A stretch of DNA of 63,982 nucleotides, counting the filler, from Basidiobolus ranarum (taxonomy: Eukaryota), in assembly GCA_040143965.1 (NCBI GenBank). It is 3 parts of 3 records of this genome, joined end to end, with 100 filler letters (N's around TTAATTAATTAA, not from the genome) between each part and the next. Parts side by side here need not be neighbours in the genome. Positions count along the whole stretch, not along the records: positions 23,514 to 46,891 come from JASJQH010000167.1; 2 more parts are not named here. One strand, written 5' to 3'. Position numbers and translations under genes: made by a program. Positions 23,514 through 35,795 of this stretch are shown here, in pieces. The notes under the pieces are model-generated. The model was given only the letters and a program-made list of their open reading frames with translations, searched no databases and was not told the origin of the DNA. Each line of letters opens with the position of its first letter. Position 1 is the first letter of the stretch.

Positions 23514-25821
23514 GTCTATTAGTTCGTTTTTTCTCTGTCATCTCCATGATTGGAAGAGGATGGCCCACATTAATACTGGACTGTGGTCTACTTCTTGTTG
23601 GAGTGGGTTTTTGTCGTGTTAAATTGTTTCTAGAATGGGGATCATTGGAACCAACCAGCTTCCTTAACGTTTGATCCTTGTGTATATTTCTGACACTTTG
23701 AAGAGTCGTTGATGTTCCTGGGGTAATCATTTTTATCAATTGAAAGAGAAAAGTATAAAGAGGGTATACAGCTGTTGATTCAAAAAGAGAGAAATAAAAG
23801 CGTTTCCGATTCCTGTCTGGGCTGCCTAATTGAGGAGGTATATACTTGGATACACAACTTGGATCTTTAAAATGTTAAAGAAATCACTGTAAAAAGCAAT
23901 ATGAAGTTTAAAATGCTGAAATTACTAGAAGGGGACCCAACTAACCCAAAATATGATCGAAAGAAGTGAAAAAGGTAAGAAACGAGAAAACCCTACAAAC
24001 CAATGAACTCGATAAAGAATTTTGGCTACGAACCAAGAAAAGACCTTGGAGTTGTGTGATTAGCAAACCTAGATGTCTATAGCTTCATCATGACTTGCCT
24101 CCGGCAGAGGGTTTATATAGGATCTAGAGGATGCATATAGTCAATAGACCAATATATAATGGATTGTCCAATACAAATCTTGCGAGGGATTTGTATATCG
24201 TCCTGAATCCAAGCATGTACTCTCCCCAGAAATCCATGCACAGCTCAGAAAGGGCAAACGATATGCCTTGTAGCGGCCACATACTTAATCTTCACAAGAT
24301 TCCGTGACGCTCTGGTACGCAGTATTTGCATTACACCAGATTTACGATGAATTGCCGCTTTCATCGGGAATATAGTTCATAATGACCCATTGTCCAAGTT
24401 GATATTGTTAGCTTAGGCTTGCTGGACCTATTTCATTTCGCTTGAGTACATTATTTCCATTGATCTGACAATGAACATACAATACGCAAACTGAACGATC
24501 GAAGGCTATTCATCCATCATAGGAAGTTACGCAGCAGTGCTCACTAACACTAAGATAACACAATGGCACATGAGAGACTGTCTAAAGCAACTGAGCACAC
24601 TACACTCTAAACAGTATCAAGAATACAGATTAGCACTTGCTACACTCTACGACGTCCGATGGACAAGTTTTACGTTGATATCGTTATCGTTATTACAAGG
24701 TTTTCTTGTATTTCAATATACAGCCAGGATCGTTCGCACCAATGCTACGGCTTCTCTCCATATGTCCTGGTGCAGATGACTACTGCCTTGAGTAGGCCTG
24801 TCTGCATCTCGAATTCAAACCCAGACAATGTACATTTGGATAGGCTTGGTATTAATCTGGATATTTTGTTTATTTGTTTATTTTAGATCTGCACCGCAAA
24901 AGTAAACTGCTGAAACATAATCCACTCTTTGCCATTCATTGTGCAAAGAATCACAAATCTAGCATAATTACCTGGTCATAAAAAACAGAGTATATGTAAT
25001 ACGATATAAATATATGATTGAACAGTATTCAGATCAATTATCCTTTACCTTCTGACCGCTCAATAAATTATAAGAATCCTCGAGATGGAATATGTAAAGA
25101 CTTTCTTGTGTTGTTTGCTACCTGCCCAGATGTCAAAAACATATAATTCTAGTTGATTTGACTCTATTGCTCAGTATACAATCGCAAGAATTTACTTTCT
25201 CTACATATCTGCAAGAGCATAGGTGATTCCATGTCTGCAGTACCAGAGGTAGCATTGTTCATCGTTGTCTAGTTATCTATATCTATGTAATCTGAAAGTT
25301 TAAACATTATATAGGGTATTGTGCTGACTGAAAGTGTCAATTACGATATTTACAATATAGTGCATGCAAATACGGTTAAACCTGGCCTAATTTTGATATG
25401 TATGAGTGCTTATGTAGAAAAACACATTCATGGGCCTCTTGATGAAGGTTCCTCTTGATTTTCATCGTTATTGGGTATTTGATAAGATGCTAGGGGCTTC
25501 TTTGATAATCGTTAGTCCCTACACATGGAGTAACAAATGACGTGATTGAAAGTCTGAAGAATTGAACCGCAACTGCCATTCTATTGGACCTTCGCTGTAG
25601 CATCCAGTATTACTGCATGCCATCGTTTAGTGTCCCGAAGAGGAGAGGTCTGGGAAAGCCGATACATATTTGATGGATATTTACTGTTCCCACCTTTTAT
25701 AGAATCAATCAATAAAGCAGACTTTTATTACCGGGCAAAGAAATAAGCTAATATAATACAAAGAGGAGATCCAGGCAAAATTCACGAAATGTATAGTGAA
25801 GGTTCATAATAGGTTAGGTCC

Positions 25822-27459
25822 TTAACTAAAAAAATGAGAGTCATTAGATACACAATAGATAGATTCTGTAGGAGTGGAAAACATCTCCTTGGGAAAGACT
25901 GATCCAATGCCGTCTACGTATTGTTTACGTCTTTCCATCAAAGCAAGCAAGTTCTCAGATAATCCCTTGGAAGAGATTTTCCTCTTTTTCGACTTCAAGG
26001 ATTTCTAAATAATGTGGATCAATACGGTGCAACCAAGTGTGTAACTAGAAGCCTATGGGCAGTTCTAAAAAATATGTTTTGAATAGCACTTACTGCTCGC
26101 TTGATGTAAGCCTGTTCGATTTGCTTGTCTAGTTCATTCAAAATTTGCAAATATTCTTGATAAGCGGTATACTCATGTACTAGCTGAATCACCTGCTCTT
26201 TCCTAAAATCGTTGACTTCAATCTGTTCCCGAAGATGTGACTGTAAACTACGCAGTGTGGTACAAATTTCATTGTCCTCGTGCGCATTCGAATCAATCTG
26301 GGGATTGAGAGGATTAGAACTCGCATCCTGGCAAAGGGAATGAAAAAACCTACATCTTCGTCATTTAAGATTCCAAGGTATCGAAAGTCTCTTCTAAGCC
26401 TTTCATCCATGTCAACCAACTCATGATGCCTTTCGGGGGAACCTACAGGAGAGTCAAATCTGGACTCCTCTGAATCCGAATCTGAGAGATCGACCAACTT
26501 TTCGTTCAACAGCGAGGTCAATATTCTATCTGTTAGGGCGGGACATTGGATTTCATTCCAGTTTTTCAAATCAACGTTAGCCACATGAAAAGTGTCAAAA
26601 TTTTTGGTTTCCAGTAGAGTCGACATTTCAATCTTGTGAGACAATGACTGGTCTTCGTCTTTCCATTTCTCCAGGTAATGCTTGCCTAGTGGAGGAATGA
26701 TAAATGGCTCGCTTCGTTCACTCTAGAGTAGCGAATCACACGAAATAGTGAGACAAATTGAACCGTCTACAGATAGAAGGTTAATGGAAAATACCTTGGT
26801 TTCGAGAAACTGTATATCGTTCTCAGTAAACTCTCGGAAATATTCTTCAACATAGTTCCAGTACGTTTGAATCGGAACTTGGTTTGGCACCTTTATCGAC
26901 TGTAAGGTACTTTCTTCTATTTTTTTAGGCTGATTCAAGGTTTCTGATTTTTTTTCATTCGCATTGTGATCTCTATTTTTGTTTGTGGAATCGTCATATT
27001 TCTCAATCTTTAAAAGGGTGTCTTAGTCATTATATTCTGTGTCAAACCATATACAATATACAAGTACCGCAGAAGTATTGGGCAGCGACTTCAGTGAAAC
27101 TGTAGGAGACTGTACTTCCGGGAGTTTTTGAGCTGCTGAATTGATTTATCAAAATCCGTTAGTACCACGTTGTATACAATACCAACTATGGGTCCAAATA
27201 AAGAGGTCACATCGCAACTAATGTTTATCCATAGAGTCAAGCTACCTTTGAGTAAGTGATTTGAAGGATTTTCAGGTTCAGCCGCTTTTCGTTTACGAGA
27301 AGTTTTCTGAGGACTGAAGAACAAAATAATTTACCACGAGGTTAAAGGTTTGATACATAAAATAGGGTTCGTTTAATATGTTATTTACGTGATATGATTC
27401 ACAGAAGAGCTTACGCTGGTTAATTTGGAGTCGGAATCGGGGAAAAGAATCTCTTCCAT
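25822..27459 (-). CDS. ADA3: SAGA/ADA histone acetyltransferase complex subunit Ada3 (multi-exon; start tentative)
   Basis: Exon translations NQVPIQTYWNYVEEYFREFTENDIQFL, PFIIPPLGKHYLEKW, DERLRRDFRYLGIL, EDNEICTTLRSLQSHLREQ and YQEYLQILNELDKQIEQAYIKR match Ada3/Ngg1 blocks. Proposed first exon MEEILFPDSDSKLTS (27459-27415); stop TAA at 25822-25824. Confidence 0.85.
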
Positions 27460-29152
27460 TTTCACTAAGAACAAAAAAATATAGATGGGTAAAAGGATGA
27501 AACTTGCCAAGAGAATAGTTGCGTTTTCGCACTAACCTGTAATCTTCAGAGAAAAGAAAGCAAGAGAGTTCGGAAATTTGATTATTTTGCAATTCACTTC
27601 TGGGTTGTTAAAAATCGGTTTCTCCAGAACATAGTCCTCTAAGTTCTTTCTCTTTCTGGGGAACCTTTAGTTATTTAAAGGATAGCGATCTATTTTATTT
27701 TCAAGTGAGAAAGGGATTTCCTTCAATATTTTGAATAACAAGGCAATAAACACAGTAATCAAGAGTAAGTAGGAGGGCTCAAAAATCAACCAAGTTGAAA
27801 AAGTACTTGATACCAACTGTCAATATCAAATACGGTTTTTTTTCGATGATAATCATTCAGTTTGTTTGTTCCATGAATTTAACCCTATTTCTGGTAAGTT
27901 GGCTCAATCAGAGTTGCTCAAATGTAAACAATATGATATTTTGCAATCCATAAGCACATTATGGATTCAAGATACCGATAAAATATTATTATACCTATCT
28001 CAACTCTTCTCCAGACTGAATGTATCAATTTATGTAAGACTCGGTTTTCAATTATTAATCAAGGGAAAGGGGACATTGAAGATCTCGCAAGGAGTGTCTT
28101 ACAATGTGATAGGCCGTATATTGATGTTGCCTGAAGCCGCAATTGGGCTTTCTGTTGATTCCCTAACTGACGAATCTTTCATAAAAGTTGGACCCACTCG
28201 AGAGGCCGCTGATTGGCTAGTCGGAGTCGCGTAATTTCATGACTGTTTTGTAGAGATTCTCAGGTACAACTGTGAGCATAGCATCAATATTTCTGCAAGC
28301 TACACGAGCAACTGTACTGGTCGACGCGTAAACGGATGATAAAGACCTCAAATATCAACATTCCGCACAGGTATCCTTGAATCTCTTAATCCAGCCCTGA
28401 TCTGGAATGGAGCAGAGCTTTGTATTCACTAATGTAATAAAACTGGCTTGGCTACCTTTGGGATCACACAGCGTATCCTGATGTAAATGTTTCCTGTGCT
28501 TGATTGCATCCTTTCGCGCCCGACTGTTAGAAATGGATTGATTGCTCTACACACAGGTACGAGGAGATCTGTTGGTAGCAAAGCAGTTGGAATAGCCATC
28601 GCTGGATCTTTCTGGGTTTTCGGCATCTCTACTATTCTACGAAACCAAATTTCCATGACCTTGATCCAACGCAATGTAACCTTCATGTAGTGGGATCAGG
28701 ACTGCATCAGGCTTCAGGAAAAAGTGCAGTGAAACTGGTAATCAATGTATCAAGCCCCTGTTATTGTCATCGGATCATTTTCGATATCACCTGGGCAGAC
28801 CCACTTACACTTACTATGCCTTATCCAACAAGCAAGGTGCTGGTGCCAACACACAACCTCACGCACACATCAAAATTTTCCCACTGAGTGATCCTGGCCA
28901 AGGCACATGGATCGGTGATGAGCATGATCATCAACGACGAAACGAAACCATCGCGGGTATTTCTAAACACTAACTACATATCCGGACCAGGGACTCATCA
29001 CACTGGGCTAAAGTGTGCGCTTTCCTGAAAATGCATCTTGTTTGTAGCAAGCGTATAGATCATTGGATGTAGTCTACGTAGTCATTGATAGCCCCAGCTT
29101 CGATCCATTTATAAAGCCCGTGGTGATGGTATCATTCGCACCGTCAGAGAAA

Positions 29153-30115
29153 ATGAGTCCTGTTAGCCAAAAGAGTGATCCTCCAGTTATGCTCTGGTGT
29201 CATCCGCGCTCTGTTTCTTCGGCATTTGAGCGTGCATTCATTGAGCGCAAGAACGAGTTCCATTGCTTTCACGAACCCTTCGCTGACCCTTACTATTTTG
29301 GTCCTGATCGAGTATCTGACCGACACAAAGAAGACCTTCCATCATCAACCTCTTCATCATTGAGCGAAGATACAAATAATAATTCCAATGAAAACCAGCC
29401 CTCTTTCAAGAATGTGTCAGAGATGATCATGGCCGACTACTGGATCGATCCAAAAACCGACGAAATCATCAACTCTGAAATCACGGAAGCACAGAAGCTT
29501 CGTGTGTTTGTAAAGGATATGGCGTTCTATGGGATCCTTGACTCGCAGGGCAATTCAAAAGAAAGGAAACCCAAGTTACCACTCAAGCAAGTCGTAAATA
29601 CATTCTTGATTCGGGATCCCAAAAAATCGGTGGTTTCGTTTTACAAAGCGTCTATAAGTGAAAGTACAGGCTGGGGGTATTTTGATCCCAAGGAGATGGG
29701 CTACAAAGAACTTCGTGAGTTATTTGACTATGTTACGAAAGAGCTGGATCAGCCTGCCATCGTTGTTGACGCAGATGATCTTTGTGATAATCCGGCCAAA
29801 GTGATGGAAACGTACTGCGACTCTATTGGTGTAAGGTTTGTAGAAACCATGGTGGAATGGAAGCCATCCAAAGTACACCAATTTAGCAAATGGCAAGGCT
29901 GGTATGAGTAAGTATATGTTCACTTGAAACCCTGCCCTTCCCTATTGTTGATTAACCATAATTATTTTAGTACTCTTCAGAATAGCAGTGGGCTAGGTAA
30001 AGTAGAAAAAGCACCAACAGCCGATTTAAGTGAATTCCCTGATATAGTTCGTAATACTATTGAACAAAATCTGTCACATTACAATTACTTGAAGCAATTC
30101 TGTATTAATACATGA
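29153..30115 (+). CDS. P-loop sulfotransferase-like protein (Sulfotransfer_5-type; intron 29908-29970)
   Basis: MLWCHPRSVSSAFER, FHEPF, FVKDMA, FLIRDP, VVDADDL and W..WYD|TLQNSSG. A TATA-like tttataaa lies about 45 bp before ATG 29153. Confidence 0.8.
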
Positions 30116-30692
30116 GTACATAGCCGGAATAAACTATATCTAATGCACAACTATCTAATGGTAATAGTATTGCAATGATCATAATCATTGTGGCGCTATA
30201 TTTTGGCCCTGTGTTCGATATTTAAATTCTACTTCAATAGCCTAGAGTTAATTTCAATTCTACGCATTCTGTTACACAGCTGAAAAGTTTTATATCCTTT
30301 CAGTCATTTGTTGTCAAACAGTGGAGATACTTGCTTAGAGATCACTACATTGCTTATGGTGGCCATACGTGAATTTATATTAAATATTTTCGTCCAAGTG
30401 TCTTCAGTAAAGCTTATTAGTACTGCAATAAAACAAGTACGTTCACGATTGAGTAGGTTGAAGTAGAAGTATAGTTTATATTGAAAATAAAGTAATATCT
30501 AAAGGATATCAAGAAAAGCAACGTTAACTATTCTAAGAATCATAAAGAAAGTTCTAATATCACTAGAAAAGAAATACAAAGCTGAAAGTCTATTAAAATT
30601 CCTCTAAAGGAGAGCTCGAAAATGGAAAACTTGACGATATTGAGCGGCACTTGCTCTCAGGTAGTTACTCAAATAAACCAGCAATATATTCC

Positions 30693-31622
30693 TTAAAAGA
30701 ATTGAGTAAATGCAGATAAACGCTCTGGAACTTCCTGATTGGCAGTAGGGGTAGTGAGCTTCCTTGGTTGCTCAAATCCACTAAAAGGGGTCCATTCTTT
30801 GTGGAGGAAGGAAGGTTTTATGATTGGACGAGCCACTGGCTGGCTTCGGCTACCATTGGGACCACTGAATAACTGAAAATCCACAGGATATGAAGTAATA
30901 GAAGTTTCCTCCCAAGAATGTCCTATCACTTTCGATGTTTTAACCCACTCAGCTTTGAGATTTTTCCGATGACTGGTAGAGGGGAGATCTTCTGCAGTTA
31001 TACTTGGCACTGGAGAAGAGCACTGCTGAGATCTTGAGCTTTGTGAATCTAAGCCGGATATTTCCTCTTCACTGTGGATAAAGCAGGACCGCTTTCCATA
31101 CGGACAACATCCCTGCTCCCAGTATGTGCGGCAATATTGAGTTTTATATCTTGGATGTCTTTTAACTACACGAAGGTCTGAAGCTCCATGTGCGAATTGA
31201 CATTTCTCACCATAACTAAGAGAAAGAGGGAGTTGATTTTAACAAATGATATGCAAAACAAGTGGAATCCTTAAAAATTCTTACCGGCAACTTCCCGTTT
31301 CTTCAAATGACCTGCACATCTCAGTTTTATAAAGCGCTACATCTTTGACATTTTGCTTAATTTGGTTTAGCTGAGGGGGGTTTGAGTAGAATTCTTTGGC
31401 ATCGAATTTATGATTAGTTGATGGTAATTGCTGGGAGGGCCCCTTTGTAATTACACCACGATACTCTGATCTCCACAGGCTCAAGTCGGCAAATACGTCT
31501 TCAAGGTTCGGGATAAAGGGTAACTGAATCTCGTCGCTAGTCAGACGCATCTGTCCAAACTGTTGGTTGGTTGTAACTTTGTTGCGTGTGGCGTTCATGT
31601 CAAATACAGAGGAGTAGACCAT
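30693..31622 (-). CDS. CTH1: Tristetraprolin/TIS11/CTH-family tandem CCCH zinc-finger mRNA-decay factor (intron 31216-31284)
   Basis: [26 protein letters not shown], a linker, then [27 protein letters not shown]-terminal RLSAFTQF resembles the NOT1-binding tail RLPIF. Confidence 0.9.
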
Positions 31623-33119
31623 TTAGTTTTTTCTAGACTTGTATACGCGTAAGGATGCTTTGCGGCACGAGTGCTTTTTAGTTGAAACAGGAAATTGAGG
31701 CGAGATATCGAAATACGAATTGTTACGGAGAACACACCTGGATATATATATCTCCCCCTTCAAGCTGTACACTATTATCTACGTGAGTCGAAGTCAGCAA
31801 AGGAAATTTGAGTCCCGTAGTCACTGCAACTACAGCATAGAACAATATGTTGGGATCATATTTTGGCATAGTAATCCGATGCATGCGCTTTTTCGCCGCA
31901 ACCATTGTTGCTCAATTTTTAATATTTCTTTGATGCCATGCATTAGCATTGATGTTGTAGATTCTAAATGCTGAGTATCATCGGCAACTGGACAATTATG
32001 ACCATTTCCTATCGGCTCCACCAATGGGTAGGGAGGAAAACCATGGCGAACCAAAACTGGATTTAATAGCAAAGGCTCTGTTGTAATGCGGTCAACAATT
32101 TACGCAGATCCTTTATCTGGCTAGTTTTGGCGATCCATTCTTGAGTAGATTCAATGATCAATTTATCGAATATGCCGAGTTTTCTTTTTGAGAAGATCCA
32201 TACAAAGGGCACGTTCACAGTATTGGCCACATATCCAAGCAACAAACATAGAAAAATCCGGCTTTGTTAACTTCATGACTGTTTCTAGCAGCTCACTTTC
32301 AGTGCTTAACCAGAACTGCTAGAAGCGCTTTGTTACCCTTGTTTGCCTCAATGCTCTCACCATTCCTATTCAAAATCTACCATCATATCTAAACCACTCA
32401 TATTGACATCGACAGCCAAGCCCGTAGCTGCTCTATCAAGAGCAATAGATCATGTGGCAACTCCCAGCTCAAAGTCCGCGAGTGTCTCCCGCTATCTAAC
32501 GTGACTCCCTGCTAGTATTTTTGTAGCTTATTCGGTCAGAGGTATCATGGACCTAATATCCTCCACAAGATAACGATGTTGAGTGCTGCTTGTATGCATA
32601 CTTGAAATGCGTTTAATTCGCGAATTATATTCAATTTCCATCTGATGCTGAGATGACTTATGACCATTGATGCAGAACTAGATTCCTATTACCGTATGAG
32701 TGCATGAGCAATCAAGTGCTTTGGCACTGATTCATTGTTGTCGATTTATTCACTGAGCCATGGCTCTCCAGTCAACAAGATAATTGCCGAAGTGATTAGC
32801 CCTTAATGTAAATAACCGGATGTCCATAAAGTCATTAATTTAAGCACAATCATTTCGCGCTTTCTGGGTCGAATCGAGCAACAGGATGGATTCGGTGCTG
32901 AATATTTATATTGTTGCATTGTTTGCAAGAAATGAGAACGCTGCTACATATCATTCGCATTATTCGCCATATATCCTAAGAGAAAGGAACTTTTCAATCA
33001 GCACTTGTGACCGATATGATCAGTATTTAAGGCAAATCCCTGCTTGGCAAACTTCCTTGTAACCTGCTAACCGTAACACAAGCTCACTAACCTCTAATAT
33101 TTACCTTAAACTCTTAGCC

Positions 33120-33593
33120 ATGCTAAAATCCTTTACTAAAGCCTTCTTTCTACTTGCCGTTGCCAGTGCTGGTTGGTCACTAATGATTCTTGCAGATTTC
33201 TACACACAAACTAACTGCTTTTTTCCAGATACCATATCTGTCAACTCACCTATTGTCAACTCCGTTTTCTATGTTGGGGATACCGTTCCGATATGCTTCC
33301 AAGTTTACCGACGAGGAATGACTTACCTGGATTTCGTTCAACTAGATATCCTTGATATTAGCGGGAATGTGGTTGATAGCAACCTTACATCCATATTTGG
33401 ATTGGCCCTGAACAAACAGAAGCTAAACATCTTTCAGTGGATCATACCATCTACATATCAAGAAGGAGAATACACAATCAAACTGGCAGGGGAGGCTCAC
33501 TACCGAGATGAAGTATTCAGCAAATCAGCGCAAGTTCAAGTGAAAATTGAAACTACTGCAGAGCGCCCCGAGGCCGAAGTGACTGAGCCCTAG
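33120..33593 (+). CDS. Small secreted protein with an Ig-like / Kre9-Knh1-N-like domain (probable 57-nt intron 33172-33228)
   Basis: Signal peptide MLKSFTKAFFLLAVASA, then ISVNSP...VGDTVPI...FQWIIPSTYQEGEYTIKL pattern. Intron reads gttggt...ctaac...ttccag. Confidence 0.65.
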   Translation: MLKSFTKAFFLLAVASAGWSLMILADFYTQTNCFFPDTISVNSPIVNSVFYVGDTVPICFQVYRRGMTYLDFVQLDILDISGNVVDSNLTSIFGLALNKQKLNIFQWIIPSTYQEGEYTIKLAGEAHYRDEVFSKSAQVQVKIETTAERPEAEVTEP

Positions 33594-34625
33594 CTGCTTA
33601 ACGGGAAACACAACAGGTTCGCTGAAACTGTGACATACCATCTATATAATTGAAGACTTGTACATTGCTCTAGCTACATACGATATATACTTGTGCCATA
33701 AAGCGACGAAATAGATCCATACACCTCCATCTGGCTGACCATAGCCCCAATCTCATGATACTGTATAAAACACTCTCCCGAAATACACTAATAAATGGTT
33801 GATCTTTACCAAACATGATCAGCAAGTGTTGACTCAAACTTGCCCGCAATCATGTAGCTGAGGCGGAAGGCTATAATATTAGATCAGCAATAGCAATATT
33901 ATTCGATCTCTAGATCATTGTTTGTGCTTGCTCCATGATGCAAGTCACATGATGCTTGCCAGAGTAATCGATGTTTGTCATGGATTGTTCTGCTGCTTAG
34001 TCAACAACAAACTCAATCCAATCCAGGTCACTTGATACCCTAATAAGAAGTTTCCCAGATTGCCTATTTGCGCTAATGCATATTTCGATTTGTAAGTACA
34101 ATCTACCACACAAATATAGAGGCAAGTAAGCAGAATGTCGAATTTGGAGTGTGTGTGCTAATATTCTAGAATACTCTGCCTTCACCCGTTCTGTTAATGG
34201 CAAATTCATTAATGTCGATGTTGAATTATACTAATTTGTTAGCCACGTAGTTTGATTAATCCAAGTATATTCCTAGGCTGGCCATAGCTGCTCACATTGC
34301 GACTAAATTTCGCGTTGTCTCTAGTATCACAATTTTCATTTGCGGTCCTAATCCGTAGTAGCCGCGAAATCATATACTATTCGTGCATTTTCTCTGACTT
34401 CTTACGTTACTAATGGGAAGCACAAAATGAGAAAAAAAGATAATCCACCCTGGTGAAATGTTGGCTGTACGTCAGCTCCATGATAAAAGCAACCCTACTA
34501 TCCTTTCCTTGATCAATATCCTATATCATTTCAATCTTCAGTTGCTCTCTATAGCTTCCTATCGGTTTTTCTAATTTCCATACCCGCTTGTAATTTTCTT
34601 CGCACATATACAAACTCTTTCTCTC

Positions 34626-35795
34626 ATGTCTGGAACTTCATATTCACCATGCTTTCCGGTCCCTTCCCCACAAAATTCCCCTTTTCACCAGAGAACATTA
34701 GACTTTGCACTCCCAAGAGATGCTATCACTACAACACTGGAGTACGCTAGAGGTAAGCATCTAGTAGTCTTCTATACTCCTAGCCCTTCATTTTATATCT
34801 CAAATACTAACTGGTGTTTTTTTAGGGCACAAGCGAAAAACTAGCTTTGATGAATATATGCATGATGAAACCCCCACTGACAACTCCGAGATCAGATCAT
34901 CGGGTGGGGAGATGGAACACGTAAATCCAGTCAAGAAACTTCGTTCTAGCATAACTCACCGACTTCCCCTTGGTAAATTACTAGGTATGAATATTTTTCA
35001 TTCAATATATCGAGTACAGTTCAATGACTGATAATTTTCATACAAATAGAACCTCTTGAAAAGAACCAATTGCTCTCAGTTATAACACAACTTGTTGATA
35101 ACAATCCTCAGCTGCAAAAGGAGATTTTATCTTATATTCCCAAGCCTACTATCCAGTCAGTGTCAAACCTCCTGTCGAACCTAGAAAGAAAACTCCAAGA
35201 AAGCTTCCCGTATAGTAAATTCGGACCGGGGCGCGACTCCTATACTTACAACCGTGTACAAAATGTTTTAGTTGAGATTCAGGTAAGCTTATACTTCAGT
35301 TACTATAGATAAGTTAGTGGCTAACGTGCTATTTTATAGGACACGATTTTAGAATATGCTTGCCACTTTACCTCCTCAGAAGAATTCCCAACGACAACAT
35401 TTTCTTATTTACATGTTGCCACAAGTACTATTCACCGTCTTCCGGATTGGGAGGATGCAAAAAATCAAAAACTGAAGCGGGAACTTTATAATCGCATCGC
35501 TATTTATTGGAGAAAGGCGATTGGAGATGCTGCTAGCAAACTTGGCGAGGGCCGGATTTATGGTCAACTAGTTGTGGGCGAATGGGCTAGAAAGTAAGTT
35601 GTAGATGCTTATAATCAGTTTATTGCAGAGTACTAACTTGTTCATTATAGTCTTGACTTGCACAATACTGAATCCAGTGGAAACTTTGCAGATGCCGTTG
35701 AAGACTTTAAGACTAATTTAGGGTGGATTATTGGAATTGCTCCGGTCGCGAACCACTTTGCCCAATCCAGAATTGCTTCTCTGACGGGCTTTTAG
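34626..35795 (+). CDS. STS1: Nuclear proteasome tether Cut8/Sts1 (5 exons)
   Basis: Spliced translation HKRKTSFD (NLS-like), RLPLGKLLEPLEKNQLLSVI, IPKPTIQS, FPYSKFG..DSYTYNRV, FSYLHVATSTIHRLPDW and LGWII; TAG at 35793-35795. Confidence 0.85.

Noticed and set aside
24400..25700. Exon-like fragments downstream of ADA3
   Set aside because: Frequent stops; no consistent gene model could be built.
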